The position numbers were made by a program, and so were the translations under genes. Positions 25,560-36,261 of a DNA stretch of 64,000 bases are shown piece after piece; within the stretch, counting starts at the first letter, position 1; the number at the start of each line of letters is the position of its first letter. Source of the stretch: Rhizodiscina lignyota (taxonomy: Eukaryota); assembly GCA_010015805.1 (NCBI GenBank), contig ML978127.1, forward strand, positions 1,860,001 through 1,924,000. Direction: 5' to 3'. The notes under the pieces are model-generated. The model saw nothing but the letters and a program-made list of their open reading frames with translations. It did not search any database and was not told where the DNA came from.

Positions 25560-27239
25560 ATGATCGCGTTCCGAAGACTGTTTCTTCCATCTACTCCCAA
25601 TCGTCATATAATTGTCCGGTTTACATCGACAATGGCAAAAAGAGAGGAGCCCAGCCATCCTGAGCTAAAGCATCCAGACACCAAGCGCGCAAAGAAGATT
25701 GATGTGGACACGCCGTATGACAATTTGCTTCAGAAGCTCGAGGATCAGAAGAGCATCGACAAGGTTTCCAACGTCGCACATTGGTTCCGTAGCAAAGACC
25801 TTCGCATCCAGGACAATATCGCTTTACATCACGCGTCAACCCTTGCGCAAGAGAAGAAGAAACCACTTCTTTGCTTCTACCTCAACTGTCCGCCCGAGTT
25901 CGAATGGCACGGAACCAGCCCAGCCAGGACAGACTTCATTCTTGAGGCCCTTCGCCTGATGCAGGGGGGGCTCAAGAAATTGAATATCCCACTCGTAGTT
26001 CTTACTGCGGAAAAGCGAAGCGGAAAGATTCCTGCGGTGACCAAGTTTCTCAAGGAGAACGACGTCAGTCATGTCTTCGCTAATTACGAGTATGAGGTCG
26101 ATGAGCTTCGTCGTGATGAGGATCTTCTTGATGCTTCCAATGGCGAGTTCCAGGTGTCGCTACACCATGACCAGACGATCGTCGAGCCTGGATCAATGAT
26201 GACTGAGGGAGGAAAGCCTATGAAGGTGTTCACACCATATCATCGAGCCTGGCTGAGCGTTGTCAAGGATGATCCACCTCTACTTGACACTGTTCCAGAG
26301 CCGAAAGCCATTGATGCGTCTGCTTCTGAAGAGTTTAAATCTCTATTCGACTCCAAAGTCCCTTCTCCGCCAGAGAGCAAGACGTTTGCATCGAAGGAAG
26401 AACAGAACCGGATTAGAAAGCTCTGGCCTCCTGGACATGACGCCGGTATCAAGCGCCTTGACGATTTCATCGGCAAGAAGATCGAGAAATACGCTTCAAC
26501 TCGTTCGAATCCAGCCAAGGATAACACGTCGCGCATGTCTGCTTACTTTTCTTCCGGAATGGTGTCCGTCCGCGAAGCATTGTCAAAAATCAAATCGCAC
26601 AACGACAACAGCGCTGATTTCAGCAGCAACGGCTCCAGCCCTGGAGTTGCGTCTTGGGTTCGGGAGATAGTGTTCCGTGAGTTGTATCGCCAGACCACTC
26701 TCACCACACCGCATACGGCGATGAACTTGCCGCAGAATCTGAAGTTCGACTTCGTCAAATGGGAGGAAGATACAGAAGGATGGAAGAGATGGTACGAAGG
26801 GAAGACTGGGTATCCGTTTGTGGATGCGGGCATGCGGCAGCTCAACCATGAGGCGTACATGCACAATCGTCTCCGCATGAACGTTAGTAGCTTCCTATAC
26901 TGCAACCTGCTTATCGATTATCGCCGTGGGGAGCGCTACTTTGCTGAGCACCTCATCGACTGGGATCTTTCGAACAACACGCAAGGCTGGGAGCCGTCAT
27001 ACACGGTCTTCAATCCCGTAAGCCAGGGGGAGAAGAACGATCCGGACGGGGGATATATTAGGAAATGGGTACCAGAGCTGAAAGATGTAGAAGGTAAGGC
27101 GATTTTTGATCCATACCACAGGATGGATAAGAAGGCATTTGAGAAGTTAGGGTATCCGGCGCCATATGTTGACTGGGCAAGGACAAAGCAGAGGTGCATT
27201 GAGAGATTCAAGAACGATATGTCAGGCATTGAGCCATAG
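25560..27239 (+). CDS. Cryptochrome/photolyase family protein, class I CPD photolyase-like but divergent
   Basis: HWFRSKDLRIQDN, YEYEVDELRRD, KVFTPY, TSRMSAYFSSG, GKTGYPFVDAGMRQL, MHNRLRM, DPDGGYIRKWVPEL. In-frame ATGs at 25560 and 25632. Confidence 0.93.
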   Translation: MIAFRRLFLPSTPNRHIIVRFTSTMAKREEPSHPELKHPDTKRAKKIDVDTPYDNLLQKLEDQKSIDKVSNVAHWFRSKDLRIQDNIALHHASTLAQEKKKPLLCFYLNCPPEFEWHGTSPARTDFILEALRLMQGGLKKLNIPLVVLTAEKRSGKIPAVTKFLKENDVSHVFANYEYEVDELRRDEDLLDASNGEFQVSLHHDQTIVEPGSMMTEGGKPMKVFTPYHRAWLSVVKDDPPLLDTVPEPKAIDASASEEFKSLFDSKVPSPPESKTFASKEEQNRIRKLWPPGHDAGIKRLDDFIGKKIEKYASTRSNPAKDNTSRMSAYFSSGMVSVREALSKIKSHNDNSADFSSNGSSPGVASWVREIVFRELYRQTTLTTPHTAMNLPQNLKFDFVKWEEDTEGWKRWYEGKTGYPFVDAGMRQLNHEAYMHNRLRMNVSSFLYCNLLIDYRRGERYFAEHLIDWDLSNNTQGWEPSYTVFNPVSQGEKNDPDGGYIRKWVPELKDVEGKAIFDPYHRMDKKAFEKLGYPAPYVDWARTKQRCIERFKNDMSGIEP

Positions 27240-28272
27240 ATGGTGAAGAAGTGTCTGCCTGGGCACGGTCTCATATCGTTAATTGATAGGAGTCTTGTAA
27301 ACCACAGATATACCATCGAAACCTGCAGGTAGCTTTCGAAGACGGCGCCCTCCCTCCTGGGGCTTGGGACAAGCGCAATCTTAGTGATCCCCTTGAACAT
27401 GACGCGGCAATACGGAGGAAAGGAGGATCAATAAATTTACGAGTTGGCAGCCAAGATATGAAGCCGAGTGCGCTAGCTCTTCGGCTAGACAGAGGACGAA
27501 CGGGGCGAATTGTGGAGCTTCATTTCTTAAGATGAGTGGAGCGGAAGTAGCAGCGTCTGTTCCTAGCCTCTCCAGCTCCTTTCACGATAAAGGACATATT
27601 GTATCAATATCTACGTCTCTCCGAGCTGTGAGACCACGAATGCAAATAGCCCTATAAATGTGGGTTAGAGCGATCCGCAGACGCCAGGGTTCGGCTGCGG
27701 AGAAGACCCTCACGACCCTTGAGAGGTGCAGTATCGACTCGACCGGCATGCTTCTCGCCGAGAATATATTGTCTGATTGTCTTGGACCTAGAAATGTGCG
27801 TCGCTTCTGAAATCCGACCGCATCTGGCACATCTGATGTGTGCTGATGATGGTGAAAGCAGGTGATTCTTCGAGAGACCGCTCACGTTCATGATTGCATT
27901 GCACGTCCGAGACGAGACGACAAGCGCGGGAGTTGTGGGATGACGGCGCGTCACTTGCTGCCATCGTCCGCACCTGAACCACCCACGAATTTGTCACTTG
28001 CGCAAGCTGTGCTGGACCACCGAATATATCATCGGCTGCGCCGCCCGACGCCTGCCGGCAGCTCGCCAATTCTCTAGCATACGCGAATATTTCTTGTCTG
28101 GACGCAGTGGGGCCGACTCAAGATCGACGGCGTAAAGGAAAGCCACAGCACCAGCTCGAAAGCCACGCTTCCACTCCCCTTGAACTCCCGAGGACGAGTC
28201 CAGCTATAATACTCCTTCCTTATTGACCCACGACGACCTGCCATCTCCATCCTCACCAGTTTCAATGTCACC

Positions 28273-30067
28273 ATGGCGTTGACAGCTCGCGCTCCATCGT
28301 TCACGGACTCCTCTACCAGCCCGAGTACGTTGCTCTATTTGTTCCGCATATGACGTTGCTTTAGGGGGCCAGTGCGTGCTAACTACGAAGCGAGCAGAGA
28401 AACGCGAGGAGGTAGAAGAGCTGCTGCAGAAGCTCCGCATCGACCTCGAGGAGACTAACCTTTTGCCTCTTCGTAAGTAGTTCTCACGCGACACTCCCTA
28501 TACACCGCAACCCCGTGACGTCCCTCGATGCTGCGCAAAGGTTGACACGCGACACACCAGAGCGGACGGCTTCCCTGGAACAATTAAAGGTCTTCAGCCG
28601 GGATGTGAAGGATGCAGATGCTTTATACACTCGAGAGGTTCGTGGAGGTTGAATCCTGAGACGAAGACAACTGAGGCTCACGTTGGCGACTCAGGCAATT
28701 GAGACCTTGGGAAAGCACAGCTTCGACAGCAATTCCCTGTCCACCTCACGCGAGGCCCTACGATGTCTCGCCAATATATTCCTCTTGAATCCTCCTACAC
28801 GGCAAATGTTTGTAGACTTGGGTTTTGGTCCCAAGGCTGCAGAACGTTTGAAGGTCGACAATCGCGATGACGAGTTCCTGGTCTCCCGCATACTCTTTCT
28901 CATGACCTACAACACGAACTTGAATTTCGAAAAACTCGTCAATGACAATCAATTAGCCGATAGTATCAATCAGGTATGCTAGAGGCCTGACTTTCGTGTG
29001 TGCGATGTCTGACAGCCCGCAACGTAGAATATCACGCGTCATTCTAAACGATACTCGAAGACCAGTCGAAAATCATCCACTCCTGATCCAATGAACGCCA
29101 TGGCACTGGCTGAAACGCTCAAGCTCATGTTCAACATCAATCACTTCTACCCTGATCTCGCCGGGACGTTCTTAAAATCCTTGACACCGCTCCTCAAGAT
29201 GCTACATCGGACCAAAATCACAAGTCCAGCTCTCCAGCCGCCTGTGAATTACATCATCAATGCTCTCACGAATCTCGACTTCGAAGACAAGCGTTGCGGA
29301 CCGCTCAGCATTAGCCCGCTGTTCCCAAAGTTTGATCAGACAGCCAACGCGGACCATCTCATACACATACTCGGTCGGGTGGTAGATGACTATAAAGATT
29401 CTGAGCTTGATGCATCAGCCTCTCCGGTACTGGCATTAGTACGGAAAGTCTACGAGATTGCGCCTGAGAATGTGCGGAAGTACATGGAATCGCTGCTCCT
29501 TCCCTCGGACGAGGAACGCAGCTTGGTTCTTGGAAAATCAGACACACTCGCTGCAAAGCTTCTCCGTCTCTCTACATCACCGATGCTCCCTAACCTCCGA
29601 ACATCGATCCAAGCGATGATGTTTGAGCTGTCTGGGAAGGATGCGAGCAAGTTCGTGAGGAATGTTGGCTACGGCTTTGCATCTGGCTTCTTAATGAGCA
29701 ACGGCATCTCAATACCAGCCAACGCCATGGAAGCATATAGCAACGGGGACAGCAGCAGCAGCACCAGGGCGAGCACGAGCACTGAGCACGCAAGTTCTGA
29801 CAGCAATTTCCCTATCAATCCAATCACTGGCCAGAGGCTTGATGCTGAGGCAGAAGTGAAGGATGATCGCCCACCAATGACAGACGAGGAGAAGGAAAGA
29901 GAAGCAGAACGTCTGTTTGTTCTATTTGAGAGGTTTGTGATCCTTCCAGCAAGACGTTGCTTTGATTTTGACGCATCTGTAGGTTGAAAGCGACCGGCAT
30001 CATGGATGTCGAGAACCCCGTACGCACAGCAGTGGAGTCTGGGCGCATCGAAGAATTGCCAGATTGA
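28273..30067 (+). CDS. RIC8: Ric8/synembryn G-alpha guanine nucleotide exchange factor/chaperone, multi-exon
   Basis: REALRCLANIFLL, DEFLVSRILFLMTY, ETLKLMFNI, FVRNVGYGFASGFL, INPITGQ, MTDEEKEREAERLFVLFERL, ENPV...GRIEELPD*. Start exon inferred. Confidence 0.93.
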
Positions 30068-30547
30068 AAACTATGGTTTACCTCACACCTGTGAATTTTC
30101 TCCAATGATCTTTGGGAATTCATTGCATGGGTACGGCGCGGGGTCTGCATACACAGGGCGGATGAGGTAGGGTCACTGTACAATACCGGACCTCATCTTC
30201 AATGTTGGACGTGAAGGAGGACATGGCCATTTCGGTAACGACTTGATATCCCCTGTAAATAGACTGCATACTGGATGGATGATGAGGACGGTTCAAAAGC
30301 AATTGAATGATGTTCCACCACTTTTGAGACATTGTCTTGTGATGCGGTCATTCCGCAGACATGGACAGAGGGGCGTGACAGTTTAGGATACCTTGCTTCA
30401 AACTGGAAGCTTCCACCCCACCACAAACAAATGGCACAACGACAAACATGACGCCGCGCCCTGGCGAGGCTGCGGTGAGGCCTCGAGTTTATTTGACATC
30501 GACTTCAAACATTCACGGGCAGCTGCGCAAGCTCAACCGGTAGCTCA

Positions 30548-32873
30548 ATGGCTGAGGACACGCCTCCGCAGCAGCGGAGTAACATGTCGCTCGTGCCATA
30601 CATTCAAAGCGATTCTCAAGCAATAGTTCTGTAAGGCACTCTGAACTATATATAACCTTCCTTCTATGGAGCAATACTAATCTCGAGTCACTGTGTCTAG
30701 CCGCCACGGTTCTGCTGTTGTGCTTTACGACCATCAGTCGCGTCAAATCTCACTCGGTCGCGACTCGTCATACACATCTCCCTCTGCGCAGAGCTCCGCG
30801 CTCTCGCACGCCCGCTGTCCCACATGTCACCGTCCATATCACGACGAATTCGACCATGACCTCGATCCTGCGACAGATGATCAGCAGGAAGCCACCTTCA
30901 CAGACCCAGACTACTTCCAGCTCCTCCACCGAAGCCTTCCACAGTCCCAAACTTCCACTCGACCACCATCTCCGGGACGACAATCCCCAAGAAGAAGACT
31001 ACCGCTTGCTGCAGCTGCGACTGATGAAGAGGATGAACAGAACAGCAGGCCAACGAGAGCGGTGAGCGAAGGAGCGACATTGAGACCTCCAGCTGGAGCG
31101 GAATTCATAGGCAGTGCTCCCGATCCGAGCGACACCACTGCTCAGGGTATATCAGCACAAGCCTTCTCGCCCAACTACTTCCGGCGGTTCTTCATCGTAG
31201 AGCGCGAGCTCGGTCGCGGCGGTAAGGGCGTCGTCTTCCTAGTCAAGCACATCTTGGACGATGTCTTCCTTGGACGCTTCGCATGCAAGCGCGTCCCAGT
31301 CGGCAACGATCATGAATGGCTTAAGAAAGTGCTGGTTGAGGTACAGCTGCTCACGAATCTCGCTCATCCGAACCTCGTGCAGTATAAACATGTCTGGCTT
31401 GAAGACTACCAGATCAGTAATTTCGGGCCCAGCGTGCCGTGCGCATTTATACTGCAGCAGTACTGCAATGCGGGCGATTTGCATAACTATATGCTCGATT
31501 CTGCAAGGACGAAAACTACGACGCAGCAACTGAAGGACAGAATGCGACGCCGCTCCAAGGGCCAGCCGGAGCCGCCTCATGATCTGACAGGCCCAAGGCG
31601 AATGCATTTCGAGGAAATATTTTCCTTCTTCAAGGACATTACAGCTGGCTTGCACCATCTTCATGCTAACGGCTATATACATCGTGACCTTAAACCCAGC
31701 AACTGCTTGCTCCACCGCAATGAGACTGGACACATTCGAGTCCTAGTCAGCGACTTCGGCGAAGTACAAGTCGTTTCTGCTACTCGCAGAAGTACTGGAG
31801 GCACCGGCACCATCAGCTACTGTGCACCAGAAGTACTACGTCGTGATCCAGTAAGCGGCGGCCTCGGCAACTTCAGCACGAAGAGCGACATCTTCAGTCT
31901 AGGTATGATCGTGTACTTTATGTGTTTTGGACGGTTACCATACAAAAGTGCGGATCAGCTGGCAGAAGAGAACGAAGATATCGAACAGCTTCGCGCAGAG
32001 ATCGCCGCGTGGGTTGGCTTCGATGACCACCAGAAGCAACGTACAGACCTTCCGGACCGGCTATACAAATTTCTCAGGCGCTTGCTTTCCCTCGATCCGA
32101 ACGAACGTCCCAGCACGGACGATATCCTTCAGAATATTGGCGGGGGTAACGACATCGACGATGCGGGCATATCCGCGTCCGTTCCACATCTCTTCGACGA
32201 CATAAAGTCGCGATTCTCTAGTCTTGACAGCCCGAGTCCCACTCCGCAGCGGATGCAATCAGAAAGACGAAACTCTGCTCTGCAGCTTGGTAACAATGGC
32301 AGCCCTGTCCACCACAAGCGCCAACAGTCGTCACGATTGCGACCGACTTCGCCAACGAAATCCATTCGTCGAGAAGATAATGATCCGCACAAGGCTTATG
32401 TTGAAGATAGTGACGAGGATGTTTTCTCAGACGCACAAATGGACAGCAGTGTCATTCTACGCGCTCGAAAAGCTGAGCGAGGTAACGCGTCAGCTCCAGG
32501 CTCTCCCACTAGATCTCCTCAGCGACTTCTGCTCCCTCCACCGCCGACGCTCTCGACAAGAATAGCTCGCTTCTTCTCCGACTCGTTCAATATAGGCGCA
32601 CTAAAAGTACTGCTATTCGTCATCAAATTCCTCTCGTTACTCCAGCCCTGCGCTCCGTACGCCCCGAAGGCGATCCTTCTATACCCACTCCTCGCGCTTG
32701 GTGCACTGGACTTTGTTCTGCTACCATATGGCTATACACATTCTGAGCATGGGCATGGCGGGCAGGACTTGCAGATTTCTGGAACTCTCCTGCTTGTGCA
32801 TTTGGGCGTCATTTTACTTGCTGGCTGGTGGGACAACTTGTGTCCTACACGGCCAGAGATGTCTTGGGGCTAG
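30548..32873 (+). CDS. IKS1: IKS-family Ser/Thr protein kinase with C-terminal hydrophobic segments
   Basis: Exon 1 (MAEDT...MSLVPYIQSDSQAIVL), intron 30631-30700, then RHGSAVVLYD, CPTC, LGRGGKGVV, FACKRVPVG, HRDLKPSN, DFGE, GTISYCAPE, SDIFSLG. Confidence 0.88.
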
Positions 32874-34190
32874 GACCAGATCCAACTGGAGTTCTTCGTA
32901 ATGGCTGGCTTCCTGGTATTTGCATTGCGACACAGTATACAGAAGCGGTTCATGAGTTTATGCTTGATGAGTTGACGTCTATACCACCGACTGTAATAAT
33001 AGGCCACAAAAGTACGTAGTTGATCGTATCTATATGGAAGTTGCTTTGTATGTAGTCATATCTTCGTGTCTAACTAGCCCCAATCTCCTTTGTGCAATGA
33101 CTCTTCTCGCGAAACCGCAGAGTGTTGTCGTTGACTGTCACGTCGTGCGCCGCCCTCGGGGTCTCGACAAATCGGACACGCTCGACCGTCCTCTTGTCAT
33201 CATCCTCACCCTCTTCATTCTCTGCCCCTTCTGATGGGCTCGGCAAACTACTCGCAATTTGAACCAAGTCTCTCTCTTCTCCACTTCCCTACCTTTCAAC
33301 TCCAGCGTCGAACCAAAAGTCGCCATTTTCGCCTTGGCAAAGTTGTTCGCTCTCGAAGTACTTGAAGTATGGTGCCAGTTTAACTCGGCACGACTAGAAA
33401 TCTTTATTTCTACGGCTGTGAGATTATAGAATTCGCATTAAATGGTCTCAATATCAGTCGTATCGTTACTGGTTGTGGATTCTCGACATACAAACGTCCT
33501 CTTTTCTGATTGGCCCACTCTCGCGTCCATTTTGGGAATACCCCTGTCAGTTTGAGAACCTCATGCTTCACTCGAATACACCATGGTCCGAAGAATGAGC
33601 CAAAACACTCAAGCGTATATATTTTGCGCCACCTTGAAGCACTGAGCAAACAGTGCCTGTTGAGAGTGTACTAGAAACTTCTCAAAACTGAAGCCACGTT
33701 GGCGCCCTGGCGACCATGCACCCAAATAAAGGTCCCATTCACAGTGACTTCGCATAGATGGAAATCCACGGCAATGAGGCGCCACAGCGCTTGTGAGTCG
33801 CGCATATGATGTCTACACAGACGGCCTCCCGCGAAGTTTCGCAGTTGTGATGTCACGAACCGCCGTTCGCCCCAAAGTGGGCCTCCCCATTCTCACCACC
33901 AGAACCTCTTTGACCAGAGCCCAAATACCAATTCTCGCTTTCACATCCGGCTCCTCCCTTATGTTGCATGGATGAGGCTTGCTGTTGTTGTTATGGTGCC
34001 TTGGTTCTCGCCCTCGCGTGAGTTCGCCGCAGGTATTCACCACCCACCACGAGCATTGTTGAAACGCGCTAACGAGCTGTCACCACGCGTATCCGATTGT
34101 AACCTCAATTTCCACGGGCAGATACGGCTGTCACAGACAACGCCGCCGTACCCAATCTCCCCGAAGTTTGCCCGGCCCCAATCTCAAGAG

Positions 34191-34198
34191 TATTTATA
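34191..34198 (+). promoter_or_regulatory. TATA-like element (TATTTATA) upstream of the structured ncRNA
   Basis: TATTTATA followed by a long pyrimidine-rich tract typical of fungal Pol II start regions; no credible protein ORF follows. Confidence 0.4.
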
Positions 34199-34229
34199 CT
34201 TCTCTTCCCTCCATCTTTCTTACAACTCT

Positions 34230-36261
34230 TTCCGCCTCCACAAAGTGCCCCCGCCACCAAAGTCTTTCCACACCCTTTCTCTCCCCTTCCCAACCAAAAC
34301 ATATCATGTACCCTTCTTCCCTTACTCTTCCTCTCCTAACAAAAAACACATTGTACTTTCCTTCACTTGTTAATCATTGTTGTTGACAATCGCGTCTTGT
34401 TTTCATGTTTATCGCGTCACCCTCCTCCACCACAACATCATCACCACCTTATACATGTTGTCACTTCACTATCCTTCACCAGACAACATCATCACCACCT
34501 CTTGCATGTTGACGCTTCACTCCCCTTCACCACAACAATATCATAGCCGCCTCTTGCTTATCACCGCTACTCTTCAAACTTCAAACACCTTGTATCACTC
34601 GCACACATTCATGCCTTCCCCAACAATGCTCTTTCTCATGTTGTCGTTGATCAATAACACTTATGTTTTTCTTTGCTGTTTCTCCGAATCAACTTGCTAA
34701 CCCTTGATTTCTCAGGCAACATCCAATCTCATCTTGCTCAAGCTCTCGCTCGCAGAGGCCGTCCACCCTGCTTTCCGCTCGTCGCATCAACCATCAAGAC
34801 ACATTCACTGACTTCACCAACCAGATCGAGTCAACTTGCCAGGATCAGAGGCTGGGGGAGGACCAAGCCTGGCCTCGTCCGGGAGGGCCCCGTCCGGGGG
34901 GTACTTGCTCGCAAGGCGCTGCAGATCGGTCCGCCGGTTTGCAGGTCTATGCGTTGCAATTGCCTTGTGCAGTGCCGCTGGCCTGCGACAATTGACAGTT
35001 CACAGTGTTAGTCCGACACTGTGAGCTGAGATGCGTGTGCCACTACCACGGTCACAAACCAGTCTACCAGAAATTGAAGGCTACCGTGCCCAAATTCGTC
35101 CGGAAACGGCTTGTTTGGGATCCGGGTCTGCCATCGTGCTTACTACGGGTGAAACGTAACAGACTTGTCTGTAGCTGGGGTCACTGCTTGCATACCCGCT
35201 GCGCACTCTCCGTGGACTCAGCCGGCAGACCTGGGTGGTATCTGACATAGGCAAGCCATTTAGCGGAATGGCAAATCCGAGCCTGTTGCAAGACGCATCG
35301 CGTGCGGGTGGCCGAACCAGAGAAGGGCCGGAGGCAGCCCAGCGATAGGGGATGACAGGAGCGGATCCTCGACCTGTGCTGGAGTCTAACCGATGGTACA
35401 CACTCAGAGCTCGGAGGCCATAGACCCGTTGGAGAGCGCAATTGAGGATCCGGGGTCCTCGGGCTGGGTAGACGCCCAGGGGGCAGTGGTCGCCAGCCGC
35501 ATTAGGAGGATGGGTTTTGGGGGGGTGGTGAGCTTCGGCCGAAGCAACTGTAAGACTCCCTTTCCTGTTTGCACTCACCTCTTCCCAGCGGCCTCTGCGA
35601 CTTGAGCTTGAGCAAACGATGACCACGAACTTGATGCCTGGGTGCATCCCCTTTTTTTCATTTCGACTTCTGCCTTGTGCGGGAGCTTGACGAAGAATGA
35701 GAGTTTGGTCGACTCGGTTGGCGAGGTTTAAATATGGAATATCCATGGTGTTGAGTTTTTTCGTATCGGATATGCCACACCCACTAGGGTTACATAGCTG
35801 CTTTCTGTGTGCCATTGCATCTAGATTAAATCAGACGAGACTCGGGTCACGATCAATATTTAGTAGATCATGTTCTGGATCATGAATCCCTCTGTTGTGA
35901 TGTTGAGAATACTGAGAGACGTGAGAGCTGACGTAGTCCGATGCGCGTCACGGTCTACGGAGCAACGGCATTTCCAGGATTCCAAAGTTAGAAAGAGTGA
36001 TGTATAGACTGAAGTTTCCCAACCCTTCTGTCCCTGATGCTAGAGACCTGTCACTTTAAATGCACTTGCAACGTGCCCGACAGCTTGATGGTGAAAGATC
36101 AACGCGCGTGTCAATCCTCGCTTCTCAAGCATGGCACCAAGTCAATCGCGACTCAACAACAAATTCTTCGTTCGGCTTGAAGGTTCACGTTTGAATAATG
36201 TGCATAGTTCATCGTCCTGGCTGTAAGAGACGACACGACGTTGTCGCTCGCCTGCACTTAC
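34230..36261 (+). ncRNA. Large structured non-coding RNA, candidate telomerase RNA (TER/TR); ends approximate
   Basis: CTAACCCT at 34697-34704; perfect helices 34734-34745/35604-35615 and 34750-34761/35589-35600; many internal hairpins whose G-U pairs point to the + strand; U7 tract and candidate pseudoknot 35644-35703; ATAAGT at 36262. The structured RNA itself is well supported, the telomerase identity only moderately. Confidence 0.6.
34428..34557. repeat. Degenerate tandem repeat, ~51-bp period, ~2.5 copies
   Basis: CAACATCATCACCACCT...CATGTTG...CTTCACT..CCTTCACCA starts at 34433 and 34484, with a partial third copy at ~34536. Confidence 0.8.

Noticed and set aside
33070..33326. Possible spliced ~65-aa minus-strand gene (MATFGSTLELK/EGAENEE...)
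   Set aside because: GT..CAG phase fits but there is no good branch point or homology; unsupported.
35495..35560. AGCCGCAT...GGTTTTGGGGGGG resembling group II intron domain V/VI
   Set aside because: Too short for domain V, no GNRA loop or AC bulge, no GUGYG 5' end and no maturase.
34716..35660. RNase P, RNase MRP, SRP, U1/U2/U3 or group I intron identity for the structured RNA
   Set aside because: No GAA(A/G)NUC CR-I / CR-V pair, no ACUUACC 5' end, no SRP Alu or helix-8 motif and no group I R/S elements were found by eye.
35786..35793. TAACCCTA on the minus strand as an alternative telomerase template
   Set aside because: G-U wobble asymmetry of the helices supports a + strand RNA.
35081..35815. 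244-aa minus-strand ORF
   Set aside because: No recognisable domain; best explained as a stop-poor by-product of the GC-rich structured RNA on the other strand.
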